DNA of 64,000 bases from Octopus vulgaris. Lineage: Eukaryota. Of the stretch, positions 1-12,983 are shown piece after piece. The notes under the pieces were generated by a model. It saw nothing but the letters and a program-made list of their open reading frames with translations. It had not been told where the DNA came from and did not search any database. Position numbers and translations under genes: made by a program. Location: NCBI GenBank assembly GCA_951406725.2, contig OX597831.1:82460001-82524000 (forward strand). The letters are read 5' to 3'. Each line of letters starts with the position of its first letter. Position 1 is the stretch's first letter.

Positions 1-378
1 AGAATTGCTGATTTAAGGGGTTACCTGATAGAATATTTAGAAAACAAAGTCCCAAAGTAGTAACATGTAAGAGTTAACAATTGCAACAGAACAAATCTAT
101 AAAAGCCAAAGATGGTATCTCTACAGAGTTGACTTGCTAGAAACAGCAACTGAAATTCCCTCAGATCACACAATACTTTTTCAAGGAAAGGAAAGTCACA
201 CTAGATAATGCATTGCAGGCTACATATCGGATAAAACACTATGGAACATCACTGCCTGGCATCTGTCTGCTGCTTAGAATATCCTGCACGTGTGCGGGTG
301 TGCGTGTATGTGTAGATACCTAGCTAGACAGGCAGACAGATAGATATTATTCTTATACAAGAAATTGTAGTTAAGATA

Positions 379-670
379 CCCATGCCAGTGACATGTTAAA
401 AGCACCGTCCGAACATGGCAGATGCCAGCACCACCTGACTGGCGTCCGTGACACGTAAAAGCCTCCCCTGGCACCTGTGCCGGTGGCATGTAAAAAGCAC
501 CCACTACACTCACGGAGTGGTTGGCGTTAGGAAGGGCATCCAGCTGTAGAAACACTGCCAGATCAGACTGGTGCCTGGTGCAGCCTCCTGGCTTCTCAGA
601 CCCTGGTCGAACCGTCCAACCCATGCTAGCATGGAAAACGGACGATAAACGATGATGATGATGATGATGA
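379..670 (+). mobile_element. 3' end of RTE-clade LINE (short truncated copy with (GAT)n tail)
   Basis: Contains GAGTGGTTGGCGTTAGGAAGGGCATCCAGCTGTAGAAAC...CCGTCCAACCCATGCTAGCATGGAAAACGGACG then (GAT)n. The same sequence follows RTE ORF2 at 24815-25408 and 61185-61920. Confidence 0.85.
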
Positions 671-792
671 AGAATGTCTTTAATAGTGACAGGCCAGCTT
701 AGCTATCATCGGACTGAAGTCCAACAATGGCTTTGCTGGCCAAAACTTTGCAACCACTGTCAAGAACATTCTCGCATACGAATACTGAAACT

Positions 793-806
793 GTTTCTAT
801 GGTAAC
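793..806. promoter_or_regulatory. RFX X-box motif GTTTCTATGGTAAC
   Basis: Exact match to X-box consensus GTHNYYATRRNAAC. Function is unproven. Confidence 0.35.
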
Positions 807-1110
807 TGAAAATGATGAAAACAGACAGACAGAAATGTGTGCTTAAAAAACAGAAACCTCTTGACTTTACACCAAAGATTTTCAGATTACAAATGCCAAT
901 TATTTCTACCAAATATTCTTGAGAGAGACTAAGACAGGGTTCTTGCTTAGCCTGTCATTACCAAATATTTCCCAGTCAATGTTTCAGCCTTCAGAGGGGC
1001 TGGGATGGTCAGGGAACAATGTGTTTTGAGTCCTAACCCTTAGATCAACCCACTTTACTCTTGTTGGTACAATGTTCACTAGAGACGTAGAGTTCTGTTG
1101 AAGAACTTAC

Positions 1111-1159
1111 CACATCGAACAGCAACAACAACAACAACAGTGCTTTATGTCAGACACAA
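1111..1159 (-). other. Candidate 49-nt exon (only open frame VSDIKHCCCCCCCSM)
   Basis: Bounded on the minus strand by ttgcag| and TG|gtaagt. The middle is a (TTG)n microsatellite, so it may be chance. Confidence 0.25.
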
Positions 1160-2351
1160 CTGCAATACAATAATCTCTGGTATTATGACATCTCATTAAG
1201 GACATCCATGATTTTTCTATTTCACTAACCATTTTCTATGCCTTCTATAGAAGATACTTGTTCATTGACCAAACCTGGCATTTCCTCCACCAACATTCAC
1301 CAATCAGAGGAAAGGAAGGGATACTATAGAAATAACAACAACAATGACAACAACAACATTTGATACTAGGAACACTAAGTAGGAAGAAGATGAAGAAAGG
1401 ACAATGGAAAAAAAATATTATAAGATATACTGGTCAGAGAGGAAAGGTGTTGGGGTACACTCTGATTAACTAGGGCAGGCATTGTGGTGTGCCCCTGTGT
1501 AGCACACAATTTTGTTATGGATTTAGTTGACCAAACAATAAACCAGTTCCAGCATTGGGTCATGGGAGGAGGGATGCAAGCAAGAAGAGTTTGCTGGTGA
1601 CAGTAATATTAGTAATCAGTGTGAGGAATGGTAATGGTTGCAAGCAAGTTAACATTCCTTGACTTTTCAGCTCATGAGGTAAGGGTTTGCTTCAGGCAAT
1701 TTCACCTTTTCCCCTTTTTCCCCAGGCTTAGCCTCAGGGCTCTTAGTTGCTCAAACCCATTTCCATCACAGGGAAAAGAAACATTTGAGAGCAACAGTAG
1801 GATTTCCAATTGTAGAAGATACTAACACAGAATTGATTGGAACTTGAAAAAAATTGGTTGTGGAAACTTGTTCTCTTTGTGAAAATGGTGAGTAAAAAAG
1901 CTAGAATGGCTGTTACTGCAAAATCATCTCACTGTCGATAATGTACTACAATGGTGAGTTGGTTTTGATGTAAGACATTGCCATAGAATTACTTCACTCT
2001 CACTTCACCTGGTAACTGGATCGGATAAATAACAAAATACTGTCTTCTTTTGAAATCATTTCTATCATGGCAACATCAAGCAACATCAATTACCTAATGG
2101 CAGCTATCGGTCATTTTATTGTTTATTTAGTTGATGTTGTTGTTGTTGTAACTAAGAAAAATGTTCATGTTGTTTGTTAATGTATTTTTATTGTTGTTGT
2201 TGTTTAGTAGATGTAATTATGGTCGTAGAAATATGCTAAAATGTAGGTATTGTATTTCTCTTGTTATTTTGTTTGTTTATTGTTTACCATTTGCAATGGT
2301 TGATTGTTTAGTCTATGGCAACTGTGTAGCCATAGACAGAAAACTTTATAC

Positions 2352-2411
<60 letters not shown>

Positions 2412-3619
2412 GTATGTATATATCATTTTATTGACAGTTGCTTTGAAGTTTTGCTGGTCAAGGCTTATCTAATAAATATTAGATTCTACACATGTATTGA
2501 GTTCTTTGTTTGGTCAATGTTTGTTATTTTATGCTTATGAAAAAAATTATTTCCAACTGTGTACATAATGTGTGCATGTGTATGTGTGTGTGTGTGTGTG
2601 TGTGTGAACTATGTGTGTTCATGTGTGTTCATGTGTAGATATTTGTGTCTGCAACAGTATAAACTTCAAGGAATTCTTCAACTAGAACATTTCTAGAGTT
2701 GGCAAAAAGCTAATTTGATCAGACGGCCAACAGGAAGTTAGAAATCAATGTTAATAATCAGTAATAATAAAAACAAATTGAAATAAAAAAAAAATGTAAA
2801 AATGTAAAAATGCTGTAGATGCTATCATTAGTTTAGGGTGATGTGTTGTGAAATATTCAGAGAGATCTGTTGGGGCAGACAACCAGAAAATGACCTCCCA
2901 GTAGTAAATCCAGAGGAAGGTTATCTGTTGTATTCTAAGCCTCTCTCTCTGCTGCAGCCACCACCACAACTGAACATTTGACCTTTCAGAAAAAGCAATT
3001 AATCTACCTCCCTTCTAACAGCTGTCATTTGCAACCAAAATTGACTTGGTAACAGGTACAATGTATTCAATAATAGTTTTTGGTACCCAGGTAGTCATGC
3101 ACAAAGATACCCTCTTTGGCTAGGGGGGACATTCAAGATGTGATTCTGCACCAGCAAAATGCTGGTACTCAGTTGATCCTAAAAACATTGTCTACGGTAG
3201 CATTTGAAATCAGACTGCAGATATCCAGGACAAATATCACAAAATATCCAACCTGAGACCCTAATTATTTTTGTTTCATTTCACACCTGGATAAGTTAGT
3301 CATAGGACATGATGGTCGAAACTGGATTGTCTTTGATCCTAGATCACTGACTTATGGTTAAACAACACCAGCAACGATGGCTAGTGCACATTAATTGGGA
3401 AAAGGCCACCAGTAATGTGGTCAGACTTTCACACTGATGTCATACAATTAACCCCTGCCATGCAGGAGGAATTGGCAGAGCTGGGGTCTAAGTGATTTTT
3501 TTTTATATCAATCAAAAGAAAGAGAAAAATCTATAAACATGAAACTCATTAGCTTCCCATGTCCATCATTCTAATTAATTTATCAATGGCAGAACCTCTT
3601 TCGAGTGGCGCAACCTACC

Positions 3620-3772
3620 TTTAAATAGCAACCAAATCTTCCTCAGATTATAACCTACTGCTATCAGAAAAGAAACTCACATTGAATAATGAAGTGTTTT
3701 ATCTACAAGAAGACCGGATCATCATAGCTGGGATGTTTTTGATGCGGGTCGAGCTGGGTCTAAATAACAACC
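3620..3772 (+). repeat. Old degenerate SINE-like interspersed repeat (related pieces near 130-260, 3305-3370, 9800-9985 (-), 17760-18008, 37820-37988)
   Basis: Shared degenerate blocks GACTTGCTAGAAAYAGCARC...CTC and ...TTTGATC...CTAAACAAC. Confidence 0.45.
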
Positions 3773-6700
3773 TCCATACTGGATTATCAACCAGCACTAA
3801 TAAACCTGAAGTTAGAGAGATTATCTGCTGTGTCTAAACTATCCCGACTTATCTTTATGGTCAATCTTTGATGAGAGATGAACTGAACGGATAAACTTGA
3901 TTTCACATATCTTCAGCCACAGTTCACTAGACATTACTAAATTCTCGCATGAGTGAGTGTACAAGTGAATCTTACAGCAGATTGACATGTAGTTTATTGA
4001 AACAAGAAATCTAATTGGGTCCTGTTTAATAGAGTTGATTGGCTCTACACAACAACAGTCATAACAACAAGACAGTTGTTGAATTATAATTGCTATCTGA
4101 AATGAACTGTAAACAGTTCTACATTAAGCAGTACAGGTCTATAGTTTTCACACAGTACATGCTCATATCATCCATATTGATATTAAAGGTTAAAGATCTA
4201 GAAGACTGTTATTGTTTTGAGTGGGTCTGTAAACATGTGACTGGGTGGAGTAAGGCCTTCAATTCTGTGGCCCTTCTACCAAACAGCTGTCCCCGTATTT
4301 CTCACCTAGATATCTATATCTCTCCCCTCTCTCCTTCCCAACATTTTCTCCAAAATTACTCAATAATATGGATATAAGAATTTCAATTGAACACTAACCA
4401 GAATATTGTCACCTGCCTTATCCTGGCCTTCTTGACCCTTAATCCCACCTCTCTACCTCACACAGTCAGACAAGGGACTGACTCCATTCCTCTTCTGCAG
4501 ACAAATCAAGCAAAAACCATTCTGGCCATTATCCTAGAAGTGCCTTCTTAGTCAACAACCTACAAAGCTTGTTCTCTTCAGGTTTCCTTTATTTCTTGAG
4601 CTCTGCAAATGTTCATTCTACTCCATTGGCAAAATGCTTGCCACAACAATTTCACCGCCTTTGAAATGGCTAAAATAATTCTACTTCTATGATGTAATTA
4701 CTTTGGTTTCAACACCAAGTCTCAGAACAAGTCACTTGCTGGACATTGAAAAAAACCATTCTAACATCTTAAAAACTAGTGAAAACCCCCATCTCTGCAA
4801 CCACCACCACCACCCTGAAACTGGGGGAGGTGGAGGAAATGCATATAAAATGTTATCAGTTCAAAACATTGAGAATAAAAATAACATTTATTGATTCTAT
4901 TTCATGTCAAACTAACATTTATATAACATTTTTATTGACGACAATACCATCAAATATTCCAAGACAAGGTTTGAGTGTGTCAGGTGTGTGTGTGTGTGGG
5001 TGTATGTGTGTGTGTGTGTGTCAGGTGTGTCTGTGTGTGTGTGTAGTAATGCATTCTACTTGATCTTGATTTGTAATGTATAACATTTTTTTAGTTATCT
5101 TTATCAAAGAAACCCATGTACACAAGAGAATCAAAGATGTTTCCTTATTTATTTCACACTGACTTGGAACTGAAGACATTTAAAGGGAAAAAGGTAGGGA
5201 AACTAGAACATAACTGAAAGTTGAGAATAATTGAATTATGGCAGATGTATTGAATGTTTAAACTGCCTCAAGAAACTGCGTTTGATAAAAGAAAGCAAAA
5301 CACACACACACCTCTGCGATCTCAATAAACAAACGCCTTTGTGATTATTATTTACAGAAAGTGAAATAGTTGAATGTTGGGAAGGTTATAGAAGAAGGAA
5401 GCAAACTTTTACACTTTTGTCAAAGGTGTTGTTATCCTATTAGCTACTTCTACTTTCCTGGGGTGGTCGGAAATCTCCTTATTACATGGAGAGTTAGGTA
5501 TTTCCAACGTTAGCAATGGTCACAGTGGCCTGTGATTACATCTCTGTTTACAGCAGGGACTGAACCTGAAAACGGTTTCTTCATTTTACGGAAGACGAAG
5601 AGAAACGATGATGTCAGGTTGGAAAGAAATGATCAGTGTGTCCTGTCACTTAGAGGCCCAACCGGTAAATATGAGAGGGAGCCCAGGGTGGCAAGCAAGC
5701 AACCAAGAGATGATCAGTGTATTCCTTGTCACTGGTACTGTATATGTGTCCAAGGTTAAGATAGTGATTGACTAAGTCCATCAAGTTCTGTAGGAGAACT
5801 TTGGAATAAACAAGGGTTTCATTGGCTTGCAATAGGGAAAAAATAACAACAACAGGCTAGTAACCTATCCCAGGGGATATTTGTTTCTGGAGGTGGTGGG
5901 ATTTGTAATATAATGGTATAGGGTAAATAATAGTTTAAGTGATGGTGTTAATAACAACATAAATAGTAATAATAATAATAATAACAACAATAAGACTCCT
6001 ACCGTGAATATCTTCAACAGATTAATTTGAACTCACCTGAAAAATAAGAAGAAATAAGCAATGGTTAATTTTGGTATCGTATATGATAGAAATGTGGAGG
6101 ATTAAAGGTTAGGTGAAATGTGGTCAATGATTAATCGGAGTGCTGTATTAACAGAGGTGTTAAAGACTAATGAATCAGTAGAGCCTTGGACAAAATATTT
6201 TGTGGTATATATACATATATACACAAAGGCATATGGAATACAGGTTTCAAAATAGTATATCATGTGGTGGTAGACTTACTATAACATCTCACCTATTCTC
6301 TTTATATCCTGTACCAAGAGTTGACTCACTCTATAGACTTATGACAGAACTTCCATACTTTTGTGAAAAATGTTTGGCGAAGACTGATTATGATGAGCCC
6401 TACAGAGTGCATAGGTGTATCTAGAACCAGGAAGTTAATTTGATGTTAAGTGCTTTGGGGTGTAGATTTTCCTCAAAAGATAGCTTCATCCAGTTGGGTG
6501 TAATAAAAGGGTCTGTTTATTCTGAGTAGTCTTATCTCTAACCCCTTACCACTGATACCAGCTGGCCACAGACCAACCTTTCCCATCTGCCTCTTTTTTT
6601 CCCCACCATTATTGTCTCTTGTTCCACAATCCTAAAAATGTTTCACTTAATTCTTCTCCCCCAAACTGTATCCCACTGGAACTCCTTCTGCCTCATGTGC

Positions 6701-7262
6701 ACATATCAAGTCAAAAATACTACATCAATCTTCGCTGATATTAAAGGATTTACAAAGGCCATGGGTCATTGGTTAACTTGTTCAAAAAGTTACCACAGTC
6801 AGACATTAGCCAATGATGATGATGACGATGACGATGATGATGATGATGATGATATGTTCACCATAAATGACATAACACCAAATCAACAACACTGAAATAA
6901 TATTGAAAATAGTTTCTGGGAAAGATCAATAAATTTGTTGTGATTAAAAATGTAATTTTACACAACTTTTTATGTCTATTAACATTACTGAGATTTTAAT
7001 GTTTGTTTTCAATGGCTGCATGGGTCAGATAATATGGAGTGAGTATGTGTGTGTGTTGTCATGTATGTATATATGAATGTGTGTGTGTGTGTGTGCGTTT
7101 CCATATATGTAAATGTAGTTAACGGTATGTATGCTTCCGTGTGTGCATGATTGTGTATTTCCATGTGTGTGTGTGTATACATATGATTCTGTATTTGTTT
7201 GTATCAGTAGATGTGTTTCCATTATGTATATGTGTGTGTGTGTATTTTTAATGTGTGCATAT

Positions 7263-7295
<33 letters not shown>

Positions 7296-7534
7296 GATCC
7301 TTATATTTGATGGAGTTTCTTAGGCTTTCGCACTGTTGCTCCAGCTGACAGTCATAACATAACAAAACAATAACAATGTTGGAATGTTGTCTTTTATAAA
7401 GGCAGGGTTGTGACATTGGAATAGTTACAATGAGGGGTAGTGGTGGTGGTGGTGGGGAGATACCTTGGACCAGCAGATACAATTGACCACTACACAATAA
7501 AGCAACTTGTAATATTTTGTTGTAGTTATGTCCA

Positions 7535-7651
7535 GGAAGGGCATCCTGGCGCTAGGAAGGGCATCCAGCTGTAGAAACCCTGCCAGATCAGATTGGAGTC
7601 TGGTTCGCTAGACCTCAGTCAAATCGTCCTACCCATGCTAGCAGATGTTAA

Positions 7652-7684
<33 letters not shown>

Positions 7685-7685
7685 T
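7535..7685 (+). mobile_element. RTE LINE 3'-end fragment
   Basis: AGGAAGGGCATCCAGCTGTAGAAAC...ACCCATGCTAGC...(GAT)n. Confidence 0.8.
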
Positions 7686-8189
7686 CCATTTTTGTACTGA
7701 GTTCTCATCTTGCATGGCTTTATCGTAATCCTTCTGGGGTTGATAATATAATTACCGATCAAATTCTGGGAATCACCTTGATTGTTTTTGGCTTCCCTTC
7801 AACATTTTCAACCTTGTGGCTGTGTTAGAAAAGGGTTTCTATTCCTTCATAGGTTTCATTGAAATAATAATAATAATTCTCACTTTGGGACAAGGCCATG
7901 GGGGTGGGGAGACAAGTTGATTACACTGACCTTAAGTACTGGACAGGTCATTCTATTGACTGTGGGGAGATGAAAGGCATAGTTGGCCTCAGAAGATTTG
8001 AAATCAGAATAGAAAAAAGTAAGGAATTTTGCCTGCTGTTCTAATGATTCTACCAACGTACCCTAGTTAAACGATGATAATTATCATTATGATCATTGTT
8101 GTAACCATAAGCCAAACCCTTATCAATACTGTCTTTACTATCGTTATTACCATCCTCCTAATTTGCTTGTGGTGCCACATTAGAATCAC

Positions 8190-8372
8190 CAGGTACACTC
8201 TGTAAGGGGTTTGGCATTAGGAAGGGCAGCTGAGGCTGAAGAAACCATGCCAAAACTGCCAACTGGAACCAGGTGCAGCTCTCTGGCTTACCATCTTCTG
8301 TCAAACCATCCAACCTATGCCAGCATGGAAAATGGACATTAAACAATGATGATGATGATGATGATGTTGATG
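8190..8372 (+). mobile_element. RTE LINE 3'-end fragment (diverged)
   Basis: TTGGCATTAGGAAGGGCA...CCAACCTATGCCAGCATGGAAAATGGAC(GAT)n. Confidence 0.75.
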
Positions 8373-9249
8373 ATTTAGCATCCTTTACTGTTCCTTTGCT
8401 GTTCCATGGATTTAGACAGCAAAATGTGATAGGGGTTTACAGGTGGATGCTCTTCTCATCGTCAACCTTGAGCTGTTTTTCAATTAAGGGACTTCTCAAC
8501 TCCACAGGTTGTTGAAAGTGCAGAGCAACCAGTTACAATGTGAACATGAACACCACTTCACATGATTGGGGACATGCATGGAATATATAAACATTGATGC
8601 CCCTTCACAAATGCACACACACACATTCATATCATCATTATAATATCCATTTCCCCATATTTGCATAGGTGAGAGGGTATCTGTTGAGGTGGATTGCCTA
8701 CAGCTGGGTGCCCTTCCTGTTGCCACCCTTCACCTGTTTCTAATTATGGCAATATTTTTCCAAAACAAGATCCATTTTCATGGAAGACTGGAAACAGACA
8801 CCGCATGCATGACAATGGCACTCGTTTACAACTGTCATGTAATAATGTCAAGGAAAGGAGACAGTAACACACACACACACAATGGGTTTCTTTTCAGTTT
8901 CCATCAACAAAATCCACTCACAATTATTAGTGGGCCTGGGGTCACAGAAGAAGACATCAGCCCAAAGTGGCATGGAGTGAGACTGAACCCAAGACCATAT
9001 GAATGGGGGAAAAGTGTGATAGAAACACATATGTATAAACTGTAGTGTACACACACACACACATTGTGGTGAAGTACAGAAAATAATTTAACAATCAATA
9101 TGGTAATTAGCAGTTCACTACTTGAGTGTCAAGTTGTAAGACATTTTGTTAATGAGTGAACATGTGACAATTACCTCAGGACATCGTTAAAACTAAACAG
9201 AGTAGTAATTTGTGTGAAATTGGTATATTCATGGAAAAAAGAGCAAAGT

Positions 9250-9297
<48 letters not shown>

Positions 9298-10120
9298 GGT
9301 TTATATAAACACATTGTTGTATTTGTGAGGTGTTTATAGATCCTAATCTGACAAGATTATAAAAACCCATAAGAGACTGCCAATATTTTCATGAATATCA
9401 AAATGATTGAATGTTGTAGAAATCTCTTGGATTTGGTTGGCAGCTTTTGCTGGTGGTTGCAATCAATAAACTCAAAGTTGTTATTGTTGGCAAAAGGGGT
9501 AGCCTGGGTGGATTGGGTTGCATTGGATAAAAAAAAAAATATGTTAAGCTATTTGTTCCAGCCATTAACATTCTGAGTTCAAATCTCACCAAGATTAATT
9601 CTGCCTTTCATACCACCTGGGAGGTCAATACAATAAAGTACCATTCAAACATTGGCGTCAAGGGTTTCAGCTATCAACACCCTTCCCTTAAAATTGCTGG
9701 CTTTATGCCTACGGGATTATTCCTGGTGGCTATTAGGTATCCTATCAGGTATTCTTAGATCAGGTCAGCATTGAGGATATCAGCTTTACACAGTTTATCT
9801 ATAGTTGTTGCTGTTATTTAGCGCCAACTCTCAGCCACAATTCAATAGACCTATGCTTAAACACAGTCATTGACCAACCATTTTTCTATTTTTTTCTTTT
9901 ACTTTGTCTCTTCTTCTTACTTTCCAGGTCTTCATTGGCATGATGTGATTTGGAGATTTGGTTGCTATTTCTAGACAGCTGTGTCATTGCATAAGACTTC
10001 CCTTGTTGACACATTTATCTAAAGTAGATGCATCTTGCACAGTCCATTTCCCCTTTAATCATATAAGCTACAGTGTATTTATGTGTGTGTGTGTGTGTGT
10101 GCATACGTATGTGTGTATAT

Positions 10121-10620
10121 AATCATCATCATCATTATTTAACGTCTGCTTTCCATGCTGGCATGGGTTGGACGGTTTGATTGGGGACTGGTGAGTCAGA
10201 GGCTGCACCAGGCTCCAATCCAATTTGGCAGTGTTTCTACAGCTGGATGCCCTTCCTAATGCCAACCCCTCTGAGAGTGTAGTGGGTGCTTTTACGTGCC
10301 ACCATCATGAGAGCCAGTCAAGCGGTTCTGGCAATGACCATGCTCAAAAGGTGTTTTTACGTGCTACCTGCATGGGAGCCAGTCCGGTGGCACTGGCAAC
10401 GACCACACTCGAATGTTGTTTTTCATGTGCTGGTAACAATCACGCTTGAATGGTGCTTTTCACGTGTCACTGCCATGGGAACCAATCTGTGGGCCTGGCA
10501 ACGATCATGCTCGGATGTGCTTTTAACATTCCACTGGCATCAGTACCAATCAGGCGGTACTGTCATCGGCCACGTTAGCGATTTTGGTTTGTTTACACTT
10601 GCCTCAGCAAGTCTTCGCAA
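10121..10620 (-). mobile_element. RTE LINE 3'-end fragment with several degenerate tandem modules
   Basis: Reverse complement of the family 3' end; repeated GTGCTTTT(T)ACGTGC units. Confidence 0.8.
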
Positions 10621-10664
10621 ACAAAGTCCATTGTCTTAGTTTCTCTGTGCCTAAGTGACATATA

Positions 10665-11055
10665 GGTGTAGGAGTGGCTGTGTGGTAAGTAGCTTGCTTT
10701 CCAACCACATGGTTCTGGTTTCAGTTCCACTGTGTGGCACCTTGGGCCAGTTTCTTCTACTATAGCCTTGGGCTGACCAAAGCCTTGTGAATGGATTTGG
10801 TAGATGGAAACTGAAATAAACCTGTTGTATAGATGTGTGTGTGAGTGTGTATATGTTTGTGTGTCTGTGTTTATCCCCCCAATATCGCTTGACAACTGAT
10901 GTTGGTGTGTTTACACCCCTGTAACTTAGCAGTTCGGCAAAAGAGACTGATAGAGTAAGTACTGGGCTTACAAAGAATAAATCCTAGGGTCAATTTGTTC
11001 GACTAAAGGCAGTGCTCCAGCATGGCCACAGTCAAAATTACCAAAACAAATAAAA
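10665..11055 (+). mobile_element. tRNA-derived SINE, family A (full length, internal (TG)n)
   Basis: A-box-like TGGCTGTGTGG, B-box-like GTTTCAGTTCC, then GCACCTTGGGC; homologous to 43872-44268 and 62944-63360. Confidence 0.85.
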
Positions 11056-12283
11056 TATATATATACACACACACACACATGTACAGAGAGAAAGAGATTA
11101 TTATATGTTGTACTATATATGTCAGCTGTATTTATTTGGTTTTGTTTTACTTCTTCCCATGTTGAAGTTCATTAGGATCACCAACATGGGGTGGGGCTGT
11201 TGTGAATGTACTCAACACGGGGTTCATAGTGATGTTATGTTAAATTTTTTTTAAGGTTTCATATTCAAAATGGAAACTAAAAAGTTGCACCTATCACTTT
11301 GCCCCACCCCTACCTATTCCAAACTTCATACCCACTTAAAATTTCTCTCATGTCTAGTGGGGCAGTATTGCCCACATTGAGGAGCACTGATCTAGCTGAT
11401 GACGAGTGTTACTAGCAATAGATTATCCTACCACTTCTACCATTCAGTTTCTTTGGTATTAACCATGTAAATCTTGTGATGTTTGTCTTCTATTTCTTGA
11501 CTCTGAAGTCATAAGTTAAATGCCGTGTCTTGTTGAAGGAGAAAGAATACATATCAATTGAAAATAATGTCATTGTGTTAAATGTGTAAATGAATGTTTT
11601 ATTGTAGAATGGTAAAAGATAATGGTTGCTTCAAAGAAGACTTTATTTTACAGAGTTTTGGGGGTGAAATCTGAAGTTAATTACAAAACATCCAATCTTT
11701 GGACTACCATTAAAAAAATGCTTGTTGGAGTAAAATTACAAAACAAAACTATTAGAAAGAGAGGGAGAGATAGATGGAGATATATATATATATATACATA
11801 CAGAGAGAGAGATGGGGAGAAAGAGAGAGAGGGAGAGTAAGAGGCAGACAAATACAGAAAGTAAAAGAAAGAAAAAGTGAGGAAAAAGTAATTTTAATAG
11901 AAAAGAATCCAAATGAAAAATACAAAAAGAATTATGCGTATTTGAAGATTTCAAGTTGTGATAATGTTGGAAGTTGTAAATGAATTCAGCAAGACATTGT
12001 AAAAAACAGTTCATTATCTTGAAAAGATAACGAACAAAAACTATTTCAGTTCTTTTGTCTTTGATCAATTGAATTTGGAAAAAAAAAAAACCCAAAAAAT
12101 GATTTCCAATGAAGCATATTGTTTAGTTTTATAGAAACCAACATGGTTGATGGAAGAAAAGAAAGCATCGTTGTTGTTGTTGTTGTTGTTGTGGATGATG
12201 GAATGGTAGAGGCTGGTAGAATTGGCAGCAAGTAATAGCAATAGACTATCATTGTAGCAGTGCACCGTATAGTAATGGATTGA

Positions 12284-12313
12284 TTATATATATATATATA
12301 TATTATATATATA

Positions 12314-12356
<43 letters not shown>

Positions 12357-12412
12357 ATATATATATATAGCTGTCTATATATATATATATATATATATAC
12401 AGACATATATAT
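12284..12412. repeat. (TA)n microsatellite, representative of dozens of (TA)n, (CA)n, (AAT)n, (GAT)n and (GATA)n tracts
   Basis: Directly visible. Confidence 0.95.
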
Positions 12413-12895
12413 AAATACACACCATATTGTAATGTAAGGTAATAAGCTATGATGTATATTGCAAAGAATATCATAGAATAAGTCTGTTTTATGTATGTAT
12501 GTATGTGTATGTATACACATATACGACAGTGTATTGTAATCAGCTATAATATATAACATTGCAGTTTATTGTATAATAATAGGTTATGATTTTATACGTG
12601 TGTGTGTGTCTGTGTGTGTGTGTGTCTGTGTGTGTACATACACACACAGACACACGCACGCATATGATGATTGCCTCATCTTGTCAGATGATAGCTGTCT
12701 TATATTCAGCATCATTGCTCTAATTTACTTTCATCATTACAAATGCCTTTTCGTGCCATGCATCCACAGCTTTTAGACTTTGAAAAATGAAAAACGGATC
12801 AAGCAGTGAAATCATAGTGTGATACCTATATGTCATTTAATCCAAGTGACAAAAGCCTGTAGAGCATTTTTGTCACTCTCTCATGTACTACTCAC

Positions 12896-12983
12896 CTTGC
12901 AGCCCTCGGCTGTCACTTTAGCCTCTCATCTTCCAGTGACGAGCATTGGTACTATTCACGTGACACAATGGATACTATTTTGA
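12896..12983 (-). other. Candidate non-coding exon (88 nt)
   Basis: ttgcag| acceptor and consensus AAG|gtgagt donor on the minus strand; all three frames closed. Confidence 0.25.

Noticed and set aside
5532-5775. Plus-strand exon after tgtttacag with two open frames
   Set aside because: No recognisable protein and weak donors; the surrounding sequence looks more like an unclassified repeat remnant. Unresolved.
11200-11390. hAT-like MITE
   Set aside because: Only one plausible terminus and no 8-bp TSD found.
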